From: Candidatus Marinacidobacterales bacterium
GTDB taxonomy: Bacteria > Acidobacteriota > Vicinamibacteria > Marinacidobacterales > SMYC01
Length of the DNA stretch: 64,000 nucleotides
NCBI GenBank assembly: GCA_965224085.1
Contig: CBDCYI010000004.1
Span: 1,760,001 to 1,824,000, forward strand
Reading direction: 5' to 3'
Of this stretch, positions 22,021 to 32,532 are shown one piece after another; within the stretch, counting starts at the first letter, position 1, and each line of letters opens with the position of its first letter. A model generated the notes under the pieces. That model saw only the letters and a program-made list of their open reading frames with translations. It was not told the origin of the DNA and searched no databases. Made by a program: the position numbers and the translations under genes.

Positions 22021-22200
22021 TTACGATCTCTGGGCGAGGGGACAGGTGCCTACCGTGGCTTTGGCGGGAGGCGACGGGGTGCACAACGCGGCCATGGCTT
22101 CGAGGGGTTCGCGGTAGAGTATCTCGGGACGGCGGTAGGCCTTTTTCTTGGCCGTCCCGTTCCCCCGCTCCTTCTTGTTGCGACTGTTGTCTTGCTTCAT
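22021..22200 (-). CDS. Candidate RiPP precursor peptide, 59 aa
   Basis: Hand translation: MKQDNSRNKKERGNGTAKKKAYRRPEILYREPLEAMAALCTPSPPAKATVGTCPLAQRS*. AGGTGG RBS 4 nt upstream, YxxP leader motif, two Cys in the core; about 560 bp from the rSAM gene. Confidence 0.8.
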   Translation of the reverse strand: MKQDNSRNKKERGNGTAKKKAYRRPEILYREPLEAMAALCTPSPPAKATVGTCPLAQRS

Positions 22201-22257
22201 GGATCCACCTGTTTTTCTAGTTTGATAACACGCTCTTTCCGGACATCGTCAGGACAG

Positions 22258-23422
22258 TCAGTGGGCTAGCATCATGAAGAAGTTCACCATTAGCCGATTC
22301 TTCTCGAAGAGGACGACGTTCGAGCGGCGTTCCAGATACTCCGTAGTGACGCCGACGTCCAACCCCCGGCGTATCCTACAAGTGAGCGAGAGACGATAAG
22401 TGATGTGCTCGTCCATGATTCGCCTATGGAGCTGCCACCGAAAAGAGCCGCCGAAGCGTTGCTCGATGAAGTAGGAGTTCTTCACTGAGAACGGACGTCA
22501 CCGCGTCGCGGGAATAGATTCCCGCCAGCCGATGCCCCCCACTCGCAACGTACGTGACGTCCACGGAACCGATGAGGCCCGCATATTCGACACGGTTCGC
22601 ATCCACGGGGATGAGTCGGCGAAAACCGAGAAGAAGTTGCCCGGAGAGGCCTGCGGAAGGGCTCAAGGGTACGATGGAGCCCGACGACAATGTGGGAGAA
22701 AAATCAAAGCCGGCACGCATCCCGTAAGAATCACTATCCCGGGTCGGGTCGTCGATATCGAGCTTCTCGTAGAAGATGTCGGCGAGGGCGTTCGTTTTGG
22801 CGCTCACCCGGCGTGAGAGATTCATGGATACGGAGTCTCGGACGAAGTTGAGACGATCGAGGATGGTGCTGTCGTCGTTCGGTGTCTGGATGATCCTCGA
22901 TCGCGTTTGCTCGTAGCGTGCGCTGAGTTGGTGACGCCATCCGAGTGCTAGAGTCATCGCCGCGTCGAACTGGTTGGTGCGCATCTCGACAGGAAAGTCG
23001 AACTCCGTGCTGGGCCGGCGGATGTCGTCCCGAAACTCGTTGTTGATTTGAAGTAGATAGCGGCGCCCACCCCAGCCTCCGCCGAGACGGGTGATGTCGA
23101 AGATGCGGCGCAGGTCGGCGTTGTTCTTGTAGTAAACGAAGTCGACTTCTTGGAACATATCGAGAAACGCATTCGAGCCCATGGGCACAGCGAGCCGTAT
23201 CCCGGGTCCGAGTAGCGCGGCGATGTCGGACTGCGCCGCCGGCGTCGACAGAGCATTCGAGTCGTATCCACCGGAGAATCGAATGCTCGGGGTGGCGTAG
23301 AAAGGACCGAGCTCGAAGAATCCGCTTCGCACGTCAGTAAGGCGCTCTTCGATGAGGTCCACGGATTGGGCGGCGGCCGGAGCGGCGACGAGCAGCGCTA
23401 AGAGCGTGAGACGAAAGCTCCA
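22258..23422 (-). CDS. Exopolysaccharide-associated outer-membrane beta-barrel protein, frameshifted near 22485
   Basis: Signal peptide (LLALLVAAPAAA-QS), GYDSN motif and amphipathic beta strands. The C-terminus lies in ORF 22258-22485. Confidence 0.65.
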
Positions 23423-23424
23423 CA

Positions 23425-24597
23425 TCACGCGGCGCCCAGAATGCGACCCACGGTCGTATTTTGAAATACCGCGTCAATCAAACCGCGGTGCCAGTCGAAA
23501 TTCGCCTTCTCCCGAATCAAGCTCGCGAGCCCTTCGCGCCGGGCTAGAGACATGAGCCGCTCGATGCCCCAGTCGCTCATGAGCTTGAAGCTCCGCCGGA
23601 GCTTGAGCCCAGTCTCGATCTCATCCTGCAGAAGATCCCGCCACCGCTTCTCGTACGCGCCGAGGGTCGAGCTGTCGAGACGATCTCGCTCGAGCCCAAA
23701 GGCGATAACGTCGGCCGCGATTTCTCCCGTCAGCATGCCGTAGTAAATGCCGCCGCAAGTCGTCGTCTTGATATGGCCGGCCGCCTCGCCGACGACGACG
23801 ACCCGATCCGCATAGCTCTTCGACAAGAATCCAAGAGGAAGGACACTCGTGCGGGTCTCGCCGGCCAGCCCGTTGATGTCGATGCGCTCCGCAATGTCGG
23901 GCCGCGACAAGAAACGCTTGAGCACGCGAGGTCCGTCGCGGCGACACAGAAGGCCGACTTTCGATCGTTGCCGTCCCAAGGGCACGATCCACGCGAAACC
24001 CTCCGGTGCCCATTTGTGGCCCAAATAGACTTCCACGTGCGATGCAGGAAGCTCCAGCTCGGTTTGGACACCCAAGAGCTTGGCAGGAATGTCGTCGAAG
24101 CCGAGCTTGCTCAGAAGCGGCATGCCGGCTCCCGTCGCCACGACCACCACGCGGCACCTCAGAGCCTGTGGCTCCAAGCCCGCGCCTACGGACACGGTCA
24201 CAGCGACGCCTCCAAATACGTTGCGGATGTCGGTGACTCGATGCCCCAACAAAACGGTCGCTCCAGCTTCGCATGCCACGACGCCGAGCTCCGCATCGAA
24301 CTCGCTCCGATCGACGACGTGGGCGAGCGGGGTGTCGGTTCGAAACTCCCAGCGCACGCCTCTCGGTGAGACGAACTCCACGCTGTCAAGGCTGTGGCGT
24401 ACGAGACGCGACGACAGATCGAAACGTCCGAACGCTTCCAAGCCGATAATGCCGCTGCAGTTGACGGGGCGTCCAATCTGGACGTGCTCTTCGAGAACGC
24501 CGACATGGAATCCGGCGCGCGCTAGGCTCGCGGCGGCCGTCAACCCGGCCGGCCCCGCGCCGACGATGAGCACATCAAATTCATCTTTAGCGGTCAG
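23425..24597 (-). CDS. Geranylgeranyl-reductase family FAD-dependent oxidoreductase
   Basis: DVLIVGAGPAG, IGRPVNCSG, VDRSEFD, FAWIVP, VGEAAGHIKTTTCGGIYYG. Start uncertain. Confidence 0.85.
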   Translation of the reverse strand: MTAKDEFDVLIVGAGPAGLTAAASLARAGFHVGVLEEHVQIGRPVNCSGIIGLEAFGRFDLSSRLVRHSLDSVEFVSPRGVRWEFRTDTPLAHVVDRSEFDAELGVVACEAGATVLLGHRVTDIRNVFGGVAVTVSVGAGLEPQALRCRVVVVATGAGMPLLSKLGFDDIPAKLLGVQTELELPASHVEVYLGHKWAPEGFAWIVPLGRQRSKVGLLCRRDGPRVLKRFLSRPDIAERIDINGLAGETRTSVLPLGFLSKSYADRVVVVGEAAGHIKTTTCGGIYYGMLTGEIAADVIAFGLERDRLDSSTLGAYEKRWRDLLQDEIETGLKLRRSFKLMSDWGIERLMSLARREGLASLIREKANFDWHRGLIDAVFQNTTVGRILGAA

Positions 24598-25250
24598 AGC
24601 TTCTTCTCCCTTACTTCCCACTTGCCGCGGAAGGTAATCCAAAACGACAGGAAAATGAGTTTGAGATCGAGCCAGAACGATCGATGGTCGACGTAGAGGC
24701 GATCGAAGCGAAACTTCCGCCGGCGTGAAATGTCACGCCGTGCGTAAATCTGCGCGATCCCGGTGAGCCCGGGAACGACCGCATGCCGCTCGCCATAACC
24801 TGGGATATCCGAAAGAGCCACGTTGCCGCCGCCTCCGGTCTCGGCTTCGTGAGTCGCGAGCGCTCGAGGGCCGACAAAAGACATGTCTCCTCGAAAGATG
24901 TTCCAAAGCTGGGGCAGCTCATCCATCGCCGTCTTGCGGAGCACTTGGCCTATCGGGGTCACGCGCGGGTCGTGTTCTTGAGCCTGCACGGGACCTTCTG
25001 CGCCATCTGCGTTTAGGATCATCGATCGAAATTTGAAACTCCGGAAAGGCTTGCCGGCCTTGCCCACCCGATCCTGGGCGAAGAAAACCGGGCCACCATC
25101 GCCGAGCTTGATGGCAAGCGCGATGAGTCCACCGAGGGGCGTCGCGAGCACAAGCCCGGTTGCTGAAAGCGCGACATCAAGGCCTCGCTTCGCAAGCGGC
25201 GTGGGCTCGAGCACCGGGCTCGAGAAGCTCGGCTTCGAATAGGTCGTGAT
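24594..25250 (-). CDS. Priming sugar (phosphoglycosyl) transferase, Bac_transf family
   Basis: KRGLDV, GPVFFAQDRVG, FKFRSM, DELPQLWNIFRGDMSFVGPR, PGLTGIAQI. Start uncertain. Confidence 0.9.
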   Translation of the reverse strand: MTTYSKPSFSSPVLEPTPLAKRGLDVALSATGLVLATPLGGLIALAIKLGDGGPVFFAQDRVGKAGKPFRSFKFRSMILNADGAEGPVQAQEHDPRVTPIGQVLRKTAMDELPQLWNIFRGDMSFVGPRALATHEAETGGGGNVALSDIPGYGERHAVVPGLTGIAQIYARRDISRRRKFRFDRLYVDHRSFWLDLKLIFLSFWITFRGKWEVREKKL

Positions 25251-26422
25251 AGGCTCGAGCTTGCTTCCGGCGGTCGAACTGAACACCGGCTCTTCGAGCG
25301 TGGCCGCCGAGCTTGCGGGTGAGTTCTCGATCGCGGTGAAGCCGCGTGATCTCATCGACCATTCCTCCAACGTCGCCCGGGGCAACGACCGCCCCGCAAT
25401 CATATTCGCGGGCAATCGAGGCGACTTCTGTTTCCGGCTCCACCGCCGCGACGTAAGCGCGGCCCGCTGCCAGAATTCCGTAGAGCTTGCTGGGCACGAT
25501 GTAACCCGCAAGCCCGGCTTTCAACGAAACGATGAACAAGTCCGCCGAGGCATAGGACTCCGTCATCCGATCTCTCGGCTGGTACGGAAGAAAGAGAACG
25601 TTTTTCAGCTCGCGGCAACGCACGTCATCCACGAGAGCCTGTCTTCGGACGCCATCGCCAACGAGTAGAAAAAGGATCTCCTCGCGTGATGCGAGTTGCG
25701 CGGCTGCTTCGACCACCATGTCGAGATTCTGGGAAAGCCCGAGATTGCCCGACGACGAATCGGTCCTCGAGCCCGTGCTCTCGAGAGAAGGCGTTGTCCT
25801 TTTCGCCCGGCGTCACGATCGAGGTATCTGCCCAGTTGTGGATGACGGTGATTTTCTCTGGATCGGCGTTCTTGCCGTCGACGAGCCGGCGCTTCATGCA
25901 CTCACCGAGTGCGACGATGCGGTCGGCCCTACGCACGAGAAAGACGTTCACGCGCTGCAACACGGCGTTGACCGTCTCGCTTCGAAAATCTTCGAGAAGG
26001 CTCGCAACTTCGGGAAACACGTCCTGGCACAAGAAGACGAAGCGCGCACCCATCCGTTTGGCCGTCATCCACGCGACGAGCCCGATAATCGGCGGATCGG
26101 TCAGAGCCACGACAACGTCTGCCGGCGGGAGACGGAAGCTCGCCCACGTCGCCGCAAGAAAATATGACACGTAGTTGACGAATCGCCCCAAGAAGCCTCT
26201 CGGGGCGAGCCGCGTGCTCTTGGCGCGAAGGATCGTGACGCCTTCGTGCGTTTCAGAAACGCTGAGACCACGAGGAGCGGCCGCGCCCGGTGCCGGGCCG
26301 GCGACCACTGTAACCTCACAATCATAGTCTCGCACGAGGTCTTGGGTGAGCTCGCTGAGAAGCTGCCCCGTCGCGCCGAGGTCAGGGTAGTATGAGCGGT
26401 TGAAGAACACGACACGCATCAA
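25177..26422 (-). pseudogene. GT4 glycosyltransferase (WcaI/WbuB-like), frameshifted near 25745
   Basis: FFNRSYYPD.GATGQLL and QDVFPE. SGNLGLSQNLD and VPSKLYGILAAG are in another frame after a small deletion. Confidence 0.8.
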
Positions 26423-27406
26423 TCAGCGCCTCGCCTGCTCCGAAACCACGTTCTTCACGAGCTGGGCTTCCCGAAACCAAGCGATGGTCCTCGAAAGGCC
26501 TTCGCGAAACCCGGTCGTCGCGCGGAACCCGAAGGTCGTCGCGGCCCGATCGACGCTCAGGCAGCGCCGCGGCTGCCCGTTGGGCTTCGTCCTGTCCCAG
26601 AGAATCTCGCCGGCAAAGCCAATGAACTCGGCGATGAGCGTCGCCAGATCCTTGATTGAGATTTCGAAACCGGCGCCGAGATTGACCGGCTCGGCGCTGT
26701 CATAGGCCATCGTCGCCGCGACCACGCCTCGTGCGCAGTCCTCGACGAAAAGAAATTCTCGCGTGGGCGATCCGTCGCCCCAACAGACGAACTCGCGGTC
26801 GCCGCGCTCAATGGCTTCCTGGCATTTGAGCACGAGCGCTGGGATCACATGGGAGCTCGCGGGATCGAAATTGTCCCACGGTCCATAGAGATTCACCGGC
26901 AACAGATGAATCGCGTTCATCCCGTATTGAGCCCGATAAGCTTGCCCTTGCACGAGGAGCATTTTCTTCGCGAGCCCGTAGGGCGCATTCGTTTCTTCTG
27001 GATAGCCGTCCCAGAGGTCGTCTTCTGAGAAGGGCACTCTGCTGTGCTTGGGGTAGGAGCAAATCGTACCGACGCTTACGAACTTCTCGACGCCGTTTCG
27101 GCGCGCATATTCGATGAGCTGAACGCCCATGATGAGATTCTCGTAGAAAAAGCGGCCAGGATTCTCCCGATTCGCGCCGATGCCCCCGACGACCGCGGCA
27201 AGATGGATCACGATGTCGGGCGCATGGACGCGATAGAGCCTTGCAACCGTCTCTTCCGCGGTAAGGTCATATTCCGCGGAACGTACGATAACGACGTCCC
27301 GCGCACCTTGCGCGATGAGCTCTTCGTAGACGTGGCGGCCGAGAAACCCACCCCCGCCAGTGAGCACGATCCGTTTCGAGCCGAGATCGATTGGCGGTTT
27401 CTTCAT
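26423..27406 (-). CDS. fcl: GDP-L-fucose synthase
   Basis: [53 protein letters not shown]. Confidence 0.92.
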   Translation of the reverse strand: MKKPPIDLGSKRIVLTGGGGFLGRHVYEELIAQGARDVVIVRSAEYDLTAEETVARLYRVHAPDIVIHLAAVVGGIGANRENPGRFFYENLIMGVQLIEYARRNGVEKFVSVGTICSYPKHSRVPFSEDDLWDGYPEETNAPYGLAKKMLLVQGQAYRAQYGMNAIHLLPVNLYGPWDNFDPASSHVIPALVLKCQEAIERGDREFVCWGDGSPTREFLFVEDCARGVVAATMAYDSAEPVNLGAGFEISIKDLATLIAEFIGFAGEILWDRTKPNGQPRRCLSVDRAATTFGFRATTGFREGLSRTIAWFREAQLVKNVVSEQARR

Positions 27407-29209
27407 GACGCTTGTCTCGTTTCCGCGACTGCGGGGGCCGGCACGACTTTCCGCTTGTCAAAGCGCTTCTCGAGGACATGGCTTCCGAGAACGAGCACGT
27501 CCATATCCGTTCGCAAAAAACAGTCGATTGCCTGTCGTGGCTCGTGCACGATGGGCTCGTTCTCGTTGAACGACGTATTCAGGAGCACCGGAACGCCGGT
27601 ACGCGTTTCGAAAGCCTCGAGGAGCCGATGGTAGATTGGGTTTTGCTCCCGACTGACCGTCTGCAATCGCCCAGAGCCATCCACATGAGTTACCGCCGGT
27701 AACACGTCACGCTTGTCTTTCGCAACCGGGTAGACTTGAAGCATGAACGGATCGGGGAGGGCGCCTTCGAAGTAATCGTCCAGCCGCTCTTCGAGGATCG
27801 ACGGTGCAAAGGGCCGAAATTTCTCACGACGCTTGATCTTCGCGTTCAAGATATTGCGCATGTCGGACCGTCTGGGATCCGCGAGGATGCTGCGATTGCC
27901 CAACGCTCGCGCTCCCCATTCCATGCGGCCTTGAAACCAGCCGACGACCTTCCCCGCCGCCAACTTCTCCGCGGTCCAATCGGTCAGCGCGTGAAGCTCG
28001 TGCATCTGCTCGGCCGCGCACGCGCGCTCGAGCTCACCGTCGCGTCCCCGCAGGGCCGCGAGCACGCTGGCATCGTCGAAGGCCGTACCCCAGTAGCCGT
28101 GCTCCATGGTGAACTTGCGGGGCTTTTTCAGAACTTGATGCCACACGAAATAGGCGGCGCCGAGCGCAGTACCGTTATTCCGCGGCCGCGGGCTGGATGA
28201 AAACGTTCTCGAACGGGGTCTCGGCGCGAAGCTTCCCATTGGCAACGCTGTTCATGGCACATCCACCAGCGAGGCAGAGCCGTTTCGATCCGGTACGCGC
28301 GTGCAGCTCTCTCAGAACGTGAAAGGCTGATTTTTCGAAGACTTTTTGGAGCGACGCGGCAATCGCGTGATGCCGCGTTGTCACCTCTTCGTTCGGCGCG
28401 CGAGCGGGGCCGAGCAGCTTTTCGAGCTCTTCGGTAAAAACCTTATCGATGGTGGGCGCCCCGTCACCCCAAGTCATCACCACCTTTTCGGAGCCGTGGC
28501 GGAAATAGCGCATGACGAGTGAAACCTGTCCGTTCTTCTCGAGCCGGACTAGCTTCGAGATCGCCTCTGCGTATTCGGCCTCGCCATAGGGTGCGAGCCC
28601 CATGACCTTGTACTCGTCTCCGTAGCTCGGAAAGCCGAGGAACTGCGTGAACGCAAGATAGAGAAGTCCCAGGGAATGCGGGAAGTAGGTGCGGGCGTGA
28701 ACGTCCAAGCTGCTCCCCGTTCCGTGCGCCATCGACGTACTCACAAAATCACCGAAGCCGTCGATGGCGCAGACGGCCGCCTCCTCGAAAGGCGAGACGT
28801 AGAACGCGCTCGCCAAGTGTGCCGGGTGGTGCTCTACATCGTGAAAGCGCGCTCGAACGTGGGACGGCGAAAGAGAAAGCGTGTAGGCGACCTCCTCGAC
28901 GACGCCTCGCACTTTGGACTGGTTGCGCAAACGGTCCCAAAGAAACGAAACGTTCGGCTTACGGCAAAGCGCGTAGAGAAACTTCCGGCTTATGTGAGCT
29001 TTCGGATCCCTCGAGACGGCGAAGTAGTCGATCTCTTTTCCGTTGATGCCCGCGATCGCGAGGCAGGCGCGGATGGCCTCCGAAGGAAACCCAGCACAGT
29101 GTTTCACGCGGCGAATGCGCTCCTCTTCGACCGCGGCGATGAGCCGCCCATACGAGATCAACACGGCGCTCGCGTCGCCGTGATAGGCGTTGATGCCGAG
29201 AATGTTCAT
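27403..29209 (-). pseudogene. Carbamoyltransferase (NodU/CmcH family), frameshifted near 28180
   Basis: ILGINAYHGDASA, EEER, EHHPAH, EYKVMGLAPYG, AGGCAMNSVANG; after the shift GTALGAA, RALGNRSILADP, VTHVDGSGRLQTV, LNTSFN. Confidence 0.88.
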
Positions 29210-29408
29210 AGGTCGACTGGCTGGAGAAGCCTCCCCGTAAGACCGAAGTCCCGGAATCGGCGTTTCGCGTGATTTAGAATTGAATCGGATGATTGAAGCT
29301 TTGATTTAATTATACGCAACGGATAAATGGGTGTAAATCCCTGCATGCACGTGCCCACCCGCACAGAATGCTGTATTCTATGAGCACACCCTTTTCAATC
29401 AAGGAATC

Positions 29409-31271
29409 GTGAGTCAATTTTTTTTGTGGCTGCCGTTTTCGCCTGGGCAGCAGGTACGACGGACCATCTCCGAGATGGGACGCGCAAGCCGCTCGCAGCC
29501 AGACGAGCTCGAAGACCATTGCCAGCTGCCGGACCTCGGCGTCGGAACGCTCGAGCGGGACAGCGCACCGTCAGCACAGCCCGCGACGCTCGCCGGACAC
29601 CATTTATGGTTCTTCGGCGAAGCCTATGACGGCCATGGGCTCGGCAACGTTGAGGCGGTTGAGGCGGTCGAGGCCTTCGACTTCCGGCGAAAGCTCCTCG
29701 AGCTCGTCCTCGATCAAGGACCCGACGTCTTGCGAGCGCTGGATGGCGCGTATGTCGTCGCCCTTTGGCGAGCAGAGAGCACAACGCTCAGAGTCGTGAA
29801 CGATCGTTACGGCACCCTCCCTCTCTACTGGTCCAACAACGGCGACGGCTTCGCCATGGCCAGCACCGTCCGAGCCATATTGATGGCCCCGGGAGTCGAG
29901 CCTATGCCGGACATCCAGGCGCTTCGTGAAGCCGTGACTTTCGGAGGCTACCGCCTCGGAGAGCGTACCAACGTCGAAAACGTGAAAATGCTTTACGGAG
30001 GGACCGAGCTCTCTGTGCGCGGCAACACGGTCACAAAGAAGCGCTACTGGAGCTATGCGGCGATCGAAGAACGCGACTCTGGACTCGACGTCGACGTGCT
30101 GATCGAGCAAGCAAGCGAGCTCTGGACCCGAGCGATCAGGCGTCGCTTGCCGCGAAACGGGCGATCGGGGCAGACCTTGAGCGGCGGCCTCGATAGCCGC
30201 GCCATCCTCGCCGAAGCGGCGCCTTCGTGTCCTGAATGGGTCGCGGTGAGCTACGGCCTTCCGAATAGCGATGACGTCCAGATCGCGAAACGCGCTGCCG
30301 AAGCTTCCGGCGTAGCGTGGGTCTACCACGATCCTTATATGCGCGAGCCGCACTGGCTCGAATCCCGCACGAGCTTCGTTCAACAGACGGACGGGCTCAT
30401 CGACCTGACGGATCTGATGCACGTCGCTTCCGTCCACGCACAGGCCCAACAACTCGACGTGCATTTCAGCGGTTATATCGGAGACGCCGTGTGCGGCCCC
30501 ACCTTCACCGATGTCGAAAACGCTTTGGACCTCAAGAGCGCCCTTCCCTTTTACGGGACGCGTCTCGGGATGGACGATGTCGACGCCGAGCGCCGGATCG
30601 AGGAGATCGTCGCAGGACTTTCCGGCGCTCCGCCTCGTTTCGCGCTCTTCGAGCACAAGATCCCACAATCGACGAATCGATGGGTCGACGCGTGGCGGCC
30701 ATGGCTCGCGGTACGGCGGCCGTTTCTCGATTACGACCTATTCGATTTCTGGCAAGGCTTGCCGGTCACGCTTCGCCGTGAAGGTCGCCTATACGAACGC
30801 TGGCTGACGCACCGCTTTCCGGAGCTCTTCCGAACGATCCCGAACCAGAAAGACATGGTCCCCGTTCTCAGCTCACCACTGCGTCGCCAGATCGTTCGAA
30901 GCGTTCGCTTTGCGACACGCAAAGTGCTCGGAGTGGTGAATCTGAAGACACGCTCGCGCAGCTATCACGATGAGCACGGGCACTGGTCCCAGCCAAAGAA
31001 TCGGAGCCGGATCTAAGAAGCGATTCTTCGCCCGGAATCGGTGTCTTGCGACGTCTTCGGGCGCAACACCGTCCGAGCGTTTCTCACACATTGGTTCGAG
31101 ACGAGCTTGAACCCTACCCAAGTGATCGGTGCCTTATACGTCTTCGAGACCTATCATCGCGACCTCGCGAGTCATCTTGGAGAAAGTGCGCAGAAACAGC
31201 ACGAACAAGCTCCGATCACGATGCTCGAGACAGCGCCGCCAAGAACCGCTCGCGAAAACGGGCCGCCGTAA
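29409..31271 (+). CDS. Asparagine-synthase-related amidotransferase-like protein; in-frame TAA at 31014-31016
   Basis: NDRYGTLPLY, LSGGLDSR, SGYIGD, PFLDYDL. No N-terminal Cys. The frame continues after the stop (ORF 31041-31271). Confidence 0.78.
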
Positions 31272-32524
31272 ACTGCGTTTCGAATCGCCTTCGGGCCTCG
31301 GCGCCCATCGCGCGCCTTTTTTCGGGCTTTCCAAAGAGCTCGACGATGAGGTCTGCTAGTCGCTCTTTGGCGTCGAGTGCATCGGGGGCGACGACGAACC
31401 CCGTCACGCCGTCTTCTATGATCTCGCTCGGAGCACCTTCTCCACCGATACAGAGTTTGGAAGCGCGCATGGCTTCGAGAAAGACGAGGCCAAAGCCTTC
31501 GCCGCGGCTCGGCATGATGAAAAAGGCGCACTCGCTGTAGAGCTTCTCGAGCTTCTCGTCATCGACCGTACCGACAAAGCGAATGCTCCCCGAAAGCTTC
31601 AACGCGCGCGCCTTGTTCTCGAGGCGATTCCGATCGTTTCCGCCACCCACCACGACGAGCTCCGCGTCGGGGTGGCGCTCGGCAACGTCGTCCCAGATTT
31701 CGAGCAGAAGATCGTGTCCCTTGTACTCCGAAGAGGAACGAAGGGACGAACATCGATGGGAGCCCGAAGTCCAGATAGGCTTCCGCCGCATATCCGAAAG
31801 CGATGCTCGTACCTTGCTCCGCCCCGGCGACAAAAACCCCGGAATAGGTGCGCACCATTTCACTGTCCGATAAAAGCGCGCCTTTGTCCGGAAAGAGAAT
31901 TCTCGGTGTCACGACCAAATCCTCATCCCCCCCGGGCTCCTGAGCCCTAGACGAGATACAGTTGTGGATGAGCTCAATCTTCTCGGCAGGAACGCCCGAC
32001 TCGTGACAGCGCCGCGACGAGAACTCCGAGTTCACCACGATCCGCGTCACGAGCGGCGAGACAAAAAAGCGCCACAAGCGCTCGTAAAAACGTCCTCGCT
32101 CCGGCGCGTTCGGAACGCGCATGATCACCGTGCGCCCGAGAAGCCGCAGAACCGCGAGAGCGGGCGCGTTCCTCAAGACCGCGCCGAGCTCCGGCAAGAG
32201 CACGTGCGTAGCCCTAAAACGGAAACTGTCGCGAAGCATGCCCAGGCTCGTGAGCAAAATGTCCCAGGCCAAGCGCAAGATGCGCACCGGATTCCTTGTA
32301 TGTCGGTCGAGGTCGACCAAATATCGACCTGTCGACCAGCTCGCGCCAAGTTCGTCGACGACGGGGTGAATCCGCTCGTTGCCCCAAGAGTTCAGGATGA
32401 AGTGAACCGCAACCCCCTTCGAACGCAGCGAGCGAACCACCTCGAAAGTCAGCCGCTCCATTCCCGAGATGATGACCATCCCTCCGCCGCAAACGATCAC
32501 GCGGGGTCGATCTTGGGCGCTCAC
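31216..32524 (-). pseudogene. Mosaic: GT4 N-terminus, polymerase-like membrane protein fragment, GT4 C-terminus
   Basis: SGMERLT...ELIHNC, then TPRILFPDK...TSIAFGYAAEAYLDFG (Wzy-like), then YKGHD...EGFGLVFLEAM in another frame. Confidence 0.65.
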
Positions 32525-32532
32525 CTAAGGGC

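Noticed and set aside
21850-22269. 139-aa plus-strand ORF
   Set aside because: No recognisable features; it is the antisense shadow of the precursor peptide gene.
14594-31016. Stop-codon reassignment or pyrrolysine
   Set aside because: The in-frame stops are of different types (TAG, TAA), many intact genes end in TAG or TAA, and no pyl or sel genes are present.
22021-31271. Lasso peptide interpretation (PqqD plus Asn-synthase-like cyclase)
   Set aside because: The putative core has no Asp/Glu acceptor, the leader lacks the usual penultimate Thr, and no B2 protease is seen.
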